A stretch of 64,000 nt of DNA from Deferribacterales bacterium (GCA_050253075.1 JBFWJS010000004.1:160001-224000); one strand, 5' to 3'; shown: positions 1-10,412, numbered from the stretch's first letter. Notes: generated by a model from the letters alone, not told the origin. Program-made: numbers and translations.

Positions 1-454
1 AAAAAACAATGACTTTAGACGATCAAGAGCCGCAGCATGCAATATTATACCAACCTCAGCAGAAGCAGCTACCGCAGTAGGGAGGGTTATTCCTTCTTTA
101 GATGGCAAATTGCACGGTTCAGCTGTCAGAGTTCCAGTTCAAGCAGGATGTTACATAAATTTTATTGCTGAAATAGAAAGAAAAAATGTCTCAGCAAAAG
201 AACTTAATAATGTAATGAAATCAGCCTCCTCAGATTTCTTTGGATATACAGAGGAAGAATTAGTTTCTTCTGACATAATAGGTATTCGTTATGCATCACT
301 TTTTGATGCCACACAAACAGAAGTCTGTAGAACATCTCAAAATACTTTTCAGATAAAACTGTCAGCATGGTTTGACAACGAAAGCTCTTTTGTATCACAA
401 ATTATTCGCTGTTTAAGCATTGATGCTTTAAGGATTGACAAGACAAGACATTAA
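1..454 (+). CDS. gap: Type I glyceraldehyde-3-phosphate dehydrogenase-like protein, C-terminal part (starts before window)
   Basis: Frame open from base 2: DFRRSRAAACNIIPTS...GKLHGSAVRVP...FGYTEEELVSSDIIG...WFDNE, GAPDH C-terminal motifs. Confidence 0.85.
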   Translation, partial: KNNDFRRSRAAACNIIPTSAEAATAVGRVIPSLDGKLHGSAVRVPVQAGCYINFIAEIERKNVSAKELNNVMKSASSDFFGYTEEELVSSDIIGIRYASLFDATQTEVCRTSQNTFQIKLSAWFDNESSFVSQIIRCLSIDALRIDKTRH

Positions 455-676
455 CCAGCTAATTGTTTATATTTTTCCTGAAACTAATATGGAACATTTT
501 TCGTTCTAAATTAAATGTACTTTTAGACACAATAAACTGAAGTGGTACAAAAAGCCCATTGCTGTCGCCATAAACTACTGATAATGCTAGAGAAATTCTC
601 AAATACATTTTTTGGTACAATTTTTAGATTAACTTAAAGTTCAATATTATTAACAATTTAACTAATGTGTAACTTT

Positions 677-721
677 CTGAAAATCCCCGTGTCGATGGTT
701 CGATTCCGTCCCTGGGCACCA
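677..721 (+). mobile_element. 3' half of tRNA-Phe(GAA); probable att duplication at the end of an integrated element
   Basis: CTGAAAATCCCCGTGTCGATGGTTCGATTCCGTCCCTGGGCACCA = anticodon loop, T arm, acceptor 3' strand and CCA; upstream is AT-rich with no D arm or 5' acceptor strand. Confidence 0.8.
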
Positions 722-732
722 TTTAAAATAAT

Positions 733-761
733 AAAGGCTTCCCTTTTGGGAGGCCTTTTTT
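733..761 (+). terminator. Intrinsic terminator (possibly bidirectional)
   Basis: AAAGGCTTCCC-TTTT-GGGAGGCCTTT hairpin plus T run. Confidence 0.7.
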
Positions 762-796
762 GTTATATATATTGTCTAAGGAATTAAAGCCTGTGC

Positions 797-1648
797 TCAA
801 TCCCTGTTTATCAGCCAAAGAGATACAAATATTATTAATGCTCCGGCCAGCATATTCAGCGTAAATTTCTCATTCAAAAGAAATATGCCAAGCACTGAGG
901 CACTTACAGGTATCAGATATGTGACAAGCAGTAACTTAACTGCGCCAACCCTGAACAATAGAGTGAAATAGATGACATAGGCCATGGATGTAGACACTAA
1001 TGACAGCAATATCAGGTCTTTGAACTCATACAGGGATTCGACATGCAGACTGTTTATCGAAGTAAAGAATAAGCAGTACATTATTAATGCACTTGAGCTG
1101 AGCATACCGAATACATTTAATACAGGGTCGTAGCCCTTCAGTCTTTTCCCGAATATCCCCGCACAAGCATACGAGACCGCACCCATTATGGCAAACATAC
1201 CCGCTGACTCAAAGCTCCCAAATCCGCTAGGAAGCAGTAGAATCACCATCCCTGCAAAACCTGTCAGTATGCCCAGAGCTTTTAGTGGAGATATCTTTTC
1301 ATCTTTCGTGAGAACGTGTGCGAAAGCGGCGGTAAAGATGGGGGTTGTCGCATTGAACAAAGATGCCAGAGACGCCGTGATGCTCTCCTGAGCGTAGGTA
1401 ATGCCTAGGAAAGGAATGACATTATTTAAGCTGCCCATAATTAAGAACATCCCCCACAGCCTTAGGTCTAGGACTATCCTGACCCTTTTGACTATAAGGA
1501 CCGGCAGAATAAAAACAGCAGCAAATAGAACCCTGAAAAACACTACCTGCTCGAAGGCAAAATAAACCAGTGACTTCTCTATGAAATAAAATGATCCGCC
1601 CCATACTATAGACAGTGTTATCAAAAGCAGCCAGTTTCTGTAATTCAT
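797..1648 (-). CDS. DMT/EamA family transporter
   Basis: 283 aa, about 10 hydrophobic segments, WGGSF and ASLFNATTPIFT motifs. Confidence 0.9.
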   Translation of the reverse strand: MNYRNWLLLITLSIVWGGSFYFIEKSLVYFAFEQVVFFRVLFAAVFILPVLIVKRVRIVLDLRLWGMFLIMGSLNNVIPFLGITYAQESITASLASLFNATTPIFTAAFAHVLTKDEKISPLKALGILTGFAGMVILLLPSGFGSFESAGMFAIMGAVSYACAGIFGKRLKGYDPVLNVFGMLSSSALIMYCLFFTSINSLHVESLYEFKDLILLSLVSTSMAYVIYFTLLFRVGAVKLLLVTYLIPVSASVLGIFLLNEKFTLNMLAGALIIFVSLWLINRD

Positions 1649-1901
1649 ATCACACCCCTTTTTCCAATAATTATATTTTTATGGCGGGGTGGAACAATCC
1701 GATTCTTGCTGTTTTTGAACATTAACTGAAAGAAATTAAGCAGGTATACTTATATTGAACAAAAGACTTATTTTAAGCAATAATTACAACAATATGCAAT
1801 ATGACAAGATGATATATATCAAGGATATAAATGATATCTATGCCGGCTGAAAGTTAACAAAAATTAAAGCCTGCAATTCTAAAATAACAGAATACTGCTT
1901 A

Positions 1902-2681
1902 TTATTTATTTATTACCAACAGCTGCTGAATGCCTATACCCCCACCGTTATAGTTTTTCTGTATTTCATAAAACTGCTTATTAATGGGGTTGGAGTATCC
2001 TTCGAATGACTCATAATCCGTCACAAGCTCACGAAAAACTCTTGAGCCCATATAGTATATAGAGGAAATATCTTTGAAATTATAGTTATAGCCTTTGCTA
2101 TCTAGCCAGATTTTCAATCTTTCTTGTTTCAAATATCTATTAAAATCGTGTTCGACAAGTGGTTCCAAACCAAGTAACAATCTTATTGCATTCAGCCTCA
2201 TAAGAGGTTCCCAGAAACCTTCACAGAAGATGACTTTTCCGCCTTTTTTCACTACTCTGAGACACTCATTTATCCCATTAAGCTGTTCCTCCCATGTGGG
2301 GAGATTTATAATAACCCGTGTAGTATAAGCAATATCGAAAGATTCGTTACCAAACGGTAGCTTTCTGACATCTCCATTCTCAAAGGTAACGAGCTCTTGC
2401 TCATCTTTACTTAGAGTTTTCTTCCTCTCGTTAGCTCCTGCAACCATACTTTCTGAGAAATCTATACCTGTGATGGACTTTAATTTAGTAGCTTTAAGCT
2501 GCTGAATAGTTGAGTAACCGTTGGCACACCCAACGTCCAGGACTTTACATTCTGCATCAATATATTCTCTTATGTTTGATATCTCCAGGTCTATCATAAA
2601 GTTATCACCCCACGAAGCCCAATGAGAATCCTTAAATGTTTCTGCCTGGTTCTCCCAATATTCTTTTATATGATCAGTCAT
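1902..2681 (-). CDS. Class I SAM-dependent methyltransferase
   Basis: VLDVGCANG motif I, GIDFS, GDVRKLPF..SFD. Confidence 0.88.
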   Translation of the reverse strand: MTDHIKEYWENQAETFKDSHWASWGDNFMIDLEISNIREYIDAECKVLDVGCANGYSTIQQLKATKLKSITGIDFSESMVAGANERKKTLSKDEQELVTFENGDVRKLPFGNESFDIAYTTRVIINLPTWEEQLNGINECLRVVKKGGKVIFCEGFWEPLMRLNAIRLLLGLEPLVEHDFNRYLKQERLKIWLDSKGYNYNFKDISSIYYMGSRVFRELVTDYESFEGYSNPINKQFYEIQKNYNGGGIGIQQLLVINK

Positions 2682-2704
2682 CGCCTCACCTTTATCTCTA
2701 ATAA

Positions 2705-3634
2705 CTACTCGAATGTTGTTTCGGAAACAATATAAATTGGCCTACCTTTTATTTCATCAAACATCTTACCTATATATAAACCTAATATCCCCATGTTTGC
2801 GATTATCAACCCGCCTATAAAATAGATAGAAACCATAACACTAGCCCAGCCCTGTACAGGGATTCCATACGTAAAATACCTGAACACTAACCAAACAGTG
2901 TATAACAAGCTGAACAAAGAGGATATGAATCCGATTTTAACACTAATCACAAGTGGTTTATTAGATTGAGAAACAACACTTTCTATCGCAAAACCAATAA
3001 GTGCTGCGAAAGAATATGAGCTCTTCCCATACGTACGTGGAGCATGTTCTACATCAACACTTGCTGTTCTAAATCCAAGCCAATTGATCAGAAGATAGTA
3101 TGATCTTTGCTTTTCTTTTAACATGTTAAAAACATCGAGGACTTTTCTATTTATGATGCTGAAATTCGCAACCTTGTGGTCAACTTTATTATCAGCGAGA
3201 AAACCATATATTTTATAAAATAAGTAAGAAGACAGTCTCTTCGTAAAATTATCTTTACGGGACGAGCGTCTTGCAAAAACAATATCAAAGCCATCAGTTA
3301 TTTTCTTATAAAGTTTAAGAATTTCTTCAGGTTGGTCTTGCAGGTCACAATCCATCACAACGGTATACTCGCCTCTCGAATAATTGAGTCCGGCAGTAAT
3401 AGCTGAATGCTGTCCAAAATTTCTTGAGAGTCTGATACCCCTTATCTTCTTATTACTATCTACTTGAGCTTTTATCTCATCCCATGAATTATCCGGACAC
3501 ATATCATCAATGAGAATTATCTCATAATCCTCACTAATCTCACTTAATGTACCTGCTAACCTAGAACACAGTTCCGGCAATGCCTTTTTACACTTATACA
3601 CCGGGACAACAACAGATATATGGACACTACCCAT
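2705..3634 (-). CDS. GT2 glycosyltransferase (GtrB/ArnC-like polyprenyl-phosphate glycosyltransferase)
   Basis: ISVVVPVY, RNFGQHSAITAGL, MDCDLQD, two C-terminal TM helices, RPIYIV. Confidence 0.9.
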   Translation of the reverse strand: MGSVHISVVVPVYKCKKALPELCSRLAGTLSEISEDYEIILIDDMCPDNSWDEIKAQVDSNKKIRGIRLSRNFGQHSAITAGLNYSRGEYTVVMDCDLQDQPEEILKLYKKITDGFDIVFARRSSRKDNFTKRLSSYLFYKIYGFLADNKVDHKVANFSIINRKVLDVFNMLKEKQRSYYLLINWLGFRTASVDVEHAPRTYGKSSYSFAALIGFAIESVVSQSNKPLVISVKIGFISSLFSLLYTVWLVFRYFTYGIPVQGWASVMVSIYFIGGLIIANMGILGLYIGKMFDEIKGRPIYIVSETTFE

Positions 3635-3845
3635 AGCAACTCTCTCACTCTAACATCATTTTCACACTGTCTCTTAAATAGTTCTACATCATCATTATTA
3701 CCAATTCAACCTTTATAGCATTAAATAGGTTAATACCAAACATATCGAATAGATAAATCTGGACGAAACACAGTAACTTTAGACTACTTTCTACATTTGA
3801 AAACAATTAGCAGACACGCAACTTAAGTTATTTTAATGTATACAC

Positions 3846-4277
3846 CTATGATGCGATGTGGTTACCTCGTGCTTTCTTAGCGAGGAAGGTGAGGTTTTCT
3901 TCGGTGTGGAGGCTGGCACGCAGTCTGCCCGACATGATGCCGTTTAAAACTGCTTTCACGAGGTTCAGCGTTATCGGCTTTGGTATCACGTTTACGTCGA
4001 GGGATCTGACCCAGTCCATAGCCGAGACGATAACGACGGGCGTCTTTTTATCCAGCTTACGTATTTTGGATATCAGCTCGCAGCCTGTCATACCGGGCAT
4101 GTCGAGGTCGGTAAAGATGATATCGGGCTTATATTTAATGAAATACTCATAAGCATCTGCACCGTTGTGCTCCGCATGCACATGGTCAGAAACGAGACTC
4201 AGGACGGATACGCCCATCTTATTAGCAAATCTACTGTCTTCGACGTACAGTATTTTAAGGTCTTTATACAGTTTCAT
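3846..4277 (-). CDS. Single-domain response regulator
   Basis: ILYVED, IIFTDLDMPGMTG, VSA and KP receiver motifs. Confidence 0.85.
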   Translation of the reverse strand: MKLYKDLKILYVEDSRFANKMGVSVLSLVSDHVHAEHNGADAYEYFIKYKPDIIFTDLDMPGMTGCELISKIRKLDKKTPVVIVSAMDWVRSLDVNVIPKPITLNLVKAVLNGIMSGRLRASLHTEENLTFLAKKARGNHIAS

Positions 4278-4428
4278 AATCAGCTCTTCAATAATATTGT
4301 GTATTTATTGTGTTTCCCCTAAGTTACCTTTTTTCCTACATATTCCTAGAGTAAAATTTATTTACACAACTATCGAATCACCATATATCTCTATATACAC
4401 AACGAAATGTTTATAATAAAATGGATTT

Positions 4429-4797
4429 ATGAGTGATTTAATAACCGAAATAAAAACAGACTGCGCCACATGCAGGCTCAGAAAAAGCGAGGCGGACATT
4501 TTGCTGACAGGGGACTGTAAGCTATTCGAATGCTTAAAGTTCCGCAATGAGCACTGCCGTAAAAAAATGGCCTTTGAAATAATTAATAGTCAGGACAGCA
4601 TAATCACTCAGACTTGGTTTGACGATTCTAACTTCATCGTCCACATCACTCATAAATATAAGACCTTAGATGATATCATCCTTCTCCTTAACAAGCTGAT
4701 CGATATCTGGGGCAATCTGGAGGGCGACGGCTGCGACTGTCCTTTCGAAGATGTGATAAAAGAGCTTATAACCAAGATATCCGCCAAATCAGCCTAA
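4429..4797 (+). CDS. Hypothetical Cys-rich protein
   Basis: 122-aa ORF filling the gap; stop overlaps the stop of the convergent kinase; no recognised family. Confidence 0.55.
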   Translation: MSDLITEIKTDCATCRLRKSEADILLTGDCKLFECLKFRNEHCRKKMAFEIINSQDSIITQTWFDDSNFIVHITHKYKTLDDIILLLNKLIDIWGNLEGDGCDCPFEDVIKELITKISAKSA

Positions 4798-7016
4798 GCC
4801 TTCGGCATTCTGACCACAACCTCTATACCGTTCTCAATATTTGAAATGTTTATATCCCCGCCCATTTTATTAATCATCTGACCGCACATATACATGCCGA
4901 TGCCTGTACCTGTACTGCTTTTTGTAGTGTTATACGGCTCAAACATCTTTTCCATGACGCTTTCGGGGATGCCTCCGCAGTTGTCTCTGTATATGATAAC
5001 GAGCATGTCGCTCTCAGCATCTATAGACACCTGTATATCACCGCTGACTATAGGCTCGTATTCCTTCAGATGCCTTCTCTCCAGATACGCATCCTTTGAG
5101 TTATTAAAGAGGTTAAGGAATATCTGCTTCAGATCATTCGGGCTGCCTGTTATCTCCTCATCCGATTTGATCTCTATATGCATAGAGAGCCCTGCGGAGC
5201 TGTACTGATACTCCATCATCTTAAACAGTTTTGTGATAACGGCTGCAGGAGAATATTGTCTTACGTCGCTGGCAGGTTTAAAGAAATTTGAAAAATCGTC
5301 TATGGTGTCAGAGAGAAATTCGACCTGTTCGCCCATTTTCGAAACATAGTCCTGCAGGTCTTCTATACATCCCCCCCTCCCCTTCATAGTATCTTCGATG
5401 CATTCCTCCATCAGCCCTGATATAAGGCTCATGACATTGAGCGGCTGTTTCCACTGGTGAGTGATGGAGCGTATCATCTCGCCCATAGCAGACAGCTTTG
5501 CCTGCTGGGTTATTATTTGTTCTTTAAGTATGTTTTCGCTTTCGAGCTGTTTCCTGTCTGTCACGTCTCTTATAGATGTAAAGACCATCCTCTTGCCCTG
5601 ATAGTCGATAACCTTCGAGTGCAGCTCAGCTATAAAGACAGTGCCGTCCTTACGAAGCAGATCAGCTTCGAAATCGAGATAGCCCTGCTCGTGTATGAGG
5701 TTCGCAGTGGCACTCAGCTCTTCTGTAATGTCCATTGTATGAAGGTTTATGGGTTTCAGCTTCATCAATTCTTCTCTGCTGTAGCCGAACATTTCGACCA
5801 TCCTGTCATTCACCTCGATGAACTCTGTCGGCAGGTTTTCATCGTCGAAGTAATGTATGCAGAACCCTTCCGCCATACTGTTGAAAAGGTATTCATAACG
5901 CTTTTCAGAATCTGTTCTTTTTAAAACCTCAGCCTCAACCATCTTTTCCAGCTTATGCTGATAGCTCTCCAGCAGGGTTATATCGATGAATGAGACCACA
6001 TAAAGCGGCTTTTCACTGTCTATCTCCGTACCTTTTACACAAAAGATATGCTCTGCTCCCCCTTTCATCATCTTTACTTTATAGTCCACGCCTTCGTTTT
6101 TTATAATCTTTGTGACCCACCTGCCATCTTTCTTATCTTCACCCGTGAGGAAGTCTTTGCCTTCGGCTTCCTGGAAATAATCACAAATGCACAGCCCGCT
6201 CTCTACAAAAGCGGCGACATCCTTATACTGAGGGAAAAACTCGAAAAAGCAGGTATTGGTATCTATAAGAGTGTTACCCGTTGTGACCAGCACTATGTCC
6301 TTTTGTGCATCCAGAACGCTCCTTATGAACTGGTTCTTATCCTGATGCTCTTCTATGCTGTTTTGTATTGAACACCGTACACGTTCGAATTCTTTCAGGG
6401 AAAAGTTGGGCATCGTGCCTGCCGTGCCTTCGATAAAGCCTGCGATATTTTTTATAGGCACTATGATCAGCTTGTATTCCAGGAGTATGATGATAATAAA
6501 GACTACAACCCCGCCGATAAATACATACAGCAGGGAATGATGTGTATAGTAGAGCACTTCTTCGCGGAAATAATCCTTTTCCATCTGTCCGGTAATGTAA
6601 TACACGTCGACCTTTCCGTCGTGTTCATACACCACAGGCATAAAGTATTTCACATTGCTGAAGAGGTTCTCCATAGTGATATCGTTAATGTCGATAAGGT
6701 CGGAATCGCATTTCAGGTTCAGCCTGTTCCTTGTGGTGGAGAGCATTATGGTCTTTTCACTATCCAGCACATTTATCTCCTGAAGATACTGATTCACATT
6801 CTTCACTTCGTCCATCTTAGGCAGAAAGGACTGTATCTTCCCTGAATATAGATAGTCAGAGAATGTATAATTCAGTTCGTAGAATTCACGTTTAACATCG
6901 CTGATGACATGCCTTTTGAATATGGTCTGGCTGGATTCATAGTAATAGAACATGATGAGCACGAATCCGGCGATGAGAGCAAAGTATACAAGGAACCTAT
7001 AACGTATATATGTCAT
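4794..7016 (-). CDS. Membrane PAS-domain sensor histidine kinase
   Basis: Two TM helices, PAS (EVNDRMVEMFGYSREEL), H-box SITHQWKQPL, GTGIGMY G-box. Confidence 0.9.
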   Translation of the reverse strand: MTYIRYRFLVYFALIAGFVLIMFYYYESSQTIFKRHVISDVKREFYELNYTFSDYLYSGKIQSFLPKMDEVKNVNQYLQEINVLDSEKTIMLSTTRNRLNLKCDSDLIDINDITMENLFSNVKYFMPVVYEHDGKVDVYYITGQMEKDYFREEVLYYTHHSLLYVFIGGVVVFIIIILLEYKLIIVPIKNIAGFIEGTAGTMPNFSLKEFERVRCSIQNSIEEHQDKNQFIRSVLDAQKDIVLVTTGNTLIDTNTCFFEFFPQYKDVAAFVESGLCICDYFQEAEGKDFLTGEDKKDGRWVTKIIKNEGVDYKVKMMKGGAEHIFCVKGTEIDSEKPLYVVSFIDITLLESYQHKLEKMVEAEVLKRTDSEKRYEYLFNSMAEGFCIHYFDDENLPTEFIEVNDRMVEMFGYSREELMKLKPINLHTMDITEELSATANLIHEQGYLDFEADLLRKDGTVFIAELHSKVIDYQGKRMVFTSIRDVTDRKQLESENILKEQIITQQAKLSAMGEMIRSITHQWKQPLNVMSLISGLMEECIEDTMKGRGGCIEDLQDYVSKMGEQVEFLSDTIDDFSNFFKPASDVRQYSPAAVITKLFKMMEYQYSSAGLSMHIEIKSDEEITGSPNDLKQIFLNLFNNSKDAYLERRHLKEYEPIVSGDIQVSIDAESDMLVIIYRDNCGGIPESVMEKMFEPYNTTKSSTGTGIGMYMCGQMINKMGGDINISNIENGIEVVVRMPKA

Positions 7017-7755
7017 TTCAGCACCTTGTCATACGGCATACCGATCATATCCAGCCCTTTTTTAAGGCTGTCGTTCAGCTCTCCGGTTATCCACTCAATA
7101 TCATCTAAAGACTCAAAGAATTCATCATATGTCAGCCCGTCCAGATAAGGCAGAACTGTGATGTAGTACTCCATCGGATCATTTTTCAAGACATCCAGAG
7201 CCCTGTTGAATAGGGTTCATATGTAACCATGATGAGTTTATCAGCCGCAGGCTGCAGCTTAGAGATATTGAACTGATTCATGTTTATAAGGTTCAGCTCA
7301 CAGTCGCCCAGATCATACTTCTCGACAAACCGCTGAAATATAATGGAGTTTATCGTCTGCAGCTCCAGATAAACGTCTATCCTGCCGTGCAGGTTGTCCT
7401 TATCTGTTATATCAAAGTTACTGAGGACAACATCGCCCCCTTTAGAGACCTCTATGAGTATCACAGGCACTGTGGATTCTTTAAGCAGGTTTGAGTGACG
7501 GTATTCGTATTGGGTTCCGCAGAAGCCGTCTGTTATCCCAGCCTGAAACATCTTAACGCTCTCCTCCAGTGAAACCACGCTGTGAAACTCTATCTCGCTG
7601 TCCATCCAGCCCTTCTCTTTTACATAATACACAGGGGAATAGCCTATCCAGCTATTGAGAGATATCCGCAGCTTGCTTTCGTTATGATTTCCGCAGCCGT
7701 ATATAAAAAAAACAGACATGCATAAACATAATAATAATATATATAGTCTTCTCAT
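7013..7755 (-). pseudogene. ABC-type (NitT/TauT-like) solute-binding lipoprotein, frameshifted, probably by internal deletion
   Basis: Lipobox IYGC, NSWIGYSP, VTYEPYS, then premature stop at 7186; another frame continues FNRALDVLKNDPMEYY...DKVLK* with TGA overlapping the kinase ATG (7013-7016). Confidence 0.7.
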
Positions 7756-7876
7756 AACCCACCTTGTGTATATATTAATATTTTACCACTTATAGAATAT
7801 TTAACAAATTATTCATGTGTATTAATTAACATCGTAAGTATTGGTCAGATAAGAGAATGATTTACAAAAATAGGAC

Positions 7877-7906
7877 AAAAAAAGCCCGTTCAAACGAACG
7901 GGCTTT
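7877..7906 (-). terminator. Intrinsic terminator after secF
   Basis: AAAGCCCGTTC-AAAC-GAACGGGCTTT hairpin, T run on minus strand. Confidence 0.8.
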
Positions 7907-7934
7907 CTCTAAATATTAATATGTATCAAACAGT

Positions 7935-8852
7935 CTATTCGGCTGCTTCAGCCTTAAGCTGTTTCTTCTTTGCGAGGAGATAAACGAACGCACTGGCGAT
8001 ACCTATGGAAGAGTATGTACCGACAATAATACCGATAAGCAGTGCGAAAGCAAATCCGTTGATAACAGCTCCGCCGAAGATGTAAAGAGATGCAACGGCA
8101 AGAAGTGTCGTACCGGATGTAAGTATCGTACGGCTGAGGGTTTCGTTTATCGATCTGTTGATGATAGCCTTAAACCCGACCTGACCTTTTGTCTCTTTCA
8201 TATTTTCACGGATACGGTCAAACACAACGATGGTGTCGTTCAGCGAGTAACCAACGATGGTAAGGAGCGCAGCGATGATAGTAAGGCTGATCTCTTTACC
8301 CGCAAGGCTGAAAATACCGAGCGTGATGATAACGTCGTGAGTAAGCGCAAGCACGGCACCGACAGCAAAAGCAAGCTGGAATCTAAAAGCGATGTATATA
8401 AGAACACCGATAAGTGAATAGATAACAGCGTATGTAGCTTTGCTCTTCAGCTCAGAGCCGACCTGCGGACCGACCTGCTCTACCCTTTCCACGATGAACT
8501 TGTTCTCGGGAAAAGTTGTAGTAAGGCTGTCCTTTATGTTGTTTGCGACTTTGTTAAGGTCGCCTTCGTTCTTTTCAACACGGATGAGGATCTCTTCGGG
8601 AGCACCGAAGTTCTGGATCACTACCTCACCGAGCTTAAGCTCGTCCATAGTCTTTCTGATATCGTCCACATTGGGGGCAGTCTCGAATTGCAGCTGGATG
8701 ATAGTACCACCGGCGAAATCGATACCAAAGTTAAATCCCTTTGTTACCACGATACCTATACTAAGAACACATACAAGACCTGATATGATGAAGAATATCT
8801 TGGCCTTGGACATGAAATCAAATCTTGTTCCTTGTTTTATCAACTCAAACAT
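7935..8852 (-). CDS. secF: Protein translocase subunit SecF
   Basis: GIDFAGG, VGPQVG, GYSLNDTIVVFDRIRE. Confidence 0.97.
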   Translation of the reverse strand: MFELIKQGTRFDFMSKAKIFFIISGLVCVLSIGIVVTKGFNFGIDFAGGTIIQLQFETAPNVDDIRKTMDELKLGEVVIQNFGAPEEILIRVEKNEGDLNKVANNIKDSLTTTFPENKFIVERVEQVGPQVGSELKSKATYAVIYSLIGVLIYIAFRFQLAFAVGAVLALTHDVIITLGIFSLAGKEISLTIIAALLTIVGYSLNDTIVVFDRIRENMKETKGQVGFKAIINRSINETLSRTILTSGTTLLAVASLYIFGGAVINGFAFALLIGIIVGTYSSIGIASAFVYLLAKKKQLKAEAAE

Positions 8853-8867
8853 TATTTATACCTCGAC

Positions 8868-10412
8868 CTAGATACTCAGTTTATTCACATCTTTGCCGGT
8901 CAGGAATGTCCAGAAGACAGCCTTAGTGACGAAGATAGCCGTGAACAGCGATGCCAGGATACCGATAGACAGTGTAACGGCAAATCCTTTAATAGGACCT
9001 GTACCGAACTGGAACAGTACGATGGCAGCGATGATTGTTGTTATGTTTGCATCCATAATGGTGGAGAAGGCTTTCTCGTAGCCGTACTCCAGAGCATTAA
9101 GAGGCGTACGCCCCATACGGAGCTCTTCACGCACACGCTCAAAGATAAGAACGTTCGCATCCACAGACATACCGATGGTCAGGATGATACCTGCGATACC
9201 GGGGAGCGTCAGTGTAGCGCCGAACTGGCTCATTATACCGAGGATAATGATAAAGTTTGTGGCGAGCGCGATGTTAGCAACCAGACCTGAAAGACGGTAG
9301 TATATAGCCATGAATATAACGATAAGTGCGAGACCGATACCGGCCGCCTTTATACCGCTATTGATGGAGTCCTGACCGAGGGATGGTCCTACTGTCCTGT
9401 TTTCCTCGATGGAAACAGGAGCAGGGAGAGAACCGGCTCTCAGAACGATAGCGAGGTCTTTAGCCTCTGCCAGAGTATCTATACCGTCGATGTATGCAGA
9501 GCCTCCGGGTATCCGAGAACGGATAACGGGAGCAGAGTATACGTTGTCGTCAAGGACGATGGCCATACGGTTGCCTATGTTGTCTGCTGTGATCTCTTCG
9601 AAGAGTTTGCTGCCTGCTGCGTCCAGGCTGAACTGAACGATAGGCGTGTTGTAAGAGTTGCTGAAGCTGACCTCAGCATCCACAAGATACTCTCCTGTGA
9701 GCACGGCATCCTTTTTAACCACGAAAGGCACACGTCCGATAGTGTTCCCCTGTGCGTCTGTCTGCTTCTGATAGAGGATGATATCGTCAAAGGGGATATT
9801 CCCGCCCTCAGCTTCCTGAGCGCTGACGTTGTCGTCCACTATATAGAATTTAAGCTGTGCAGTCTTACCGATGAGGCCGATAGCCCTGTCCGGGTCAGTA
9901 ACACCGGGGAGCTGTACCACAACGGAGCTCTTGCCCTGTCTCTGAATGATGGGTTCGGACACGCCGAATTCGTCGATACGGTTACGTACGACCTCGAGAG
10001 ACTGATCAACAGCATATTCTCTAACCCTGTCGACTGTCTGGGAATCGAGCATAAAGGAGAGTGTGTTCTCCTTGCCTATGCTGATGTCCTGAAGCGACGG
10101 ATAATTATCTGCTATAAGTGCCTTTGCTTTTTCAAAAGCCTCCGGTGATTTCAGAGAGACTGAAAGGCTCTTCATGTCTGTTTTCTGTACGAAAGCAAAA
10201 TCAATTTTTTCTGTAGCCAGCTCTTTTCTGAGCTGATTGGCGATGGCTTCGACCTTTGCCTCAACGGCTTTGTCTGTGTCCACCCCGAGCACAACATGCA
10301 TACCGCCCTGAAGGTCAAGACCGAGCTTGAGCTTCTCGTTCAGCGGAAACATGGAAAAGATGGTCCACGCCAGGACTACGATAATAAATGCCCAACGGAG
10401 TTTGAGGTTCAT
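8868..10412 (-). CDS. secD: Protein translocase subunit SecD
   Basis: LGLDLQGG, RIDEFGVSEP, VGPSLG, DANVLIFERVREE. Confidence 0.97.
   Translation of the reverse strand: MNLKLRWAFIIVVLAWTIFSMFPLNEKLKLGLDLQGGMHVVLGVDTDKAVEAKVEAIANQLRKELATEKIDFAFVQKTDMKSLSVSLKSPEAFEKAKALIADNYPSLQDISIGKENTLSFMLDSQTVDRVREYAVDQSLEVVRNRIDEFGVSEPIIQRQGKSSVVVQLPGVTDPDRAIGLIGKTAQLKFYIVDDNVSAQEAEGGNIPFDDIILYQKQTDAQGNTIGRVPFVVKKDAVLTGEYLVDAEVSFSNSYNTPIVQFSLDAAGSKLFEEITADNIGNRMAIVLDDNVYSAPVIRSRIPGGSAYIDGIDTLAEAKDLAIVLRAGSLPAPVSIEENRTVGPSLGQDSINSGIKAAGIGLALIVIFMAIYYRLSGLVANIALATNFIIILGIMSQFGATLTLPGIAGIILTIGMSVDANVLIFERVREELRMGRTPLNALEYGYEKAFSTIMDANITTIIAAIVLFQFGTGPIKGFAVTLSIGILASLFTAIFVTKAVFWTFLTGKDVNKLSI

Noticed and set aside
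640..721. Intact tRNA-Phe
   Set aside because: The 5' acceptor strand and D arm are absent.
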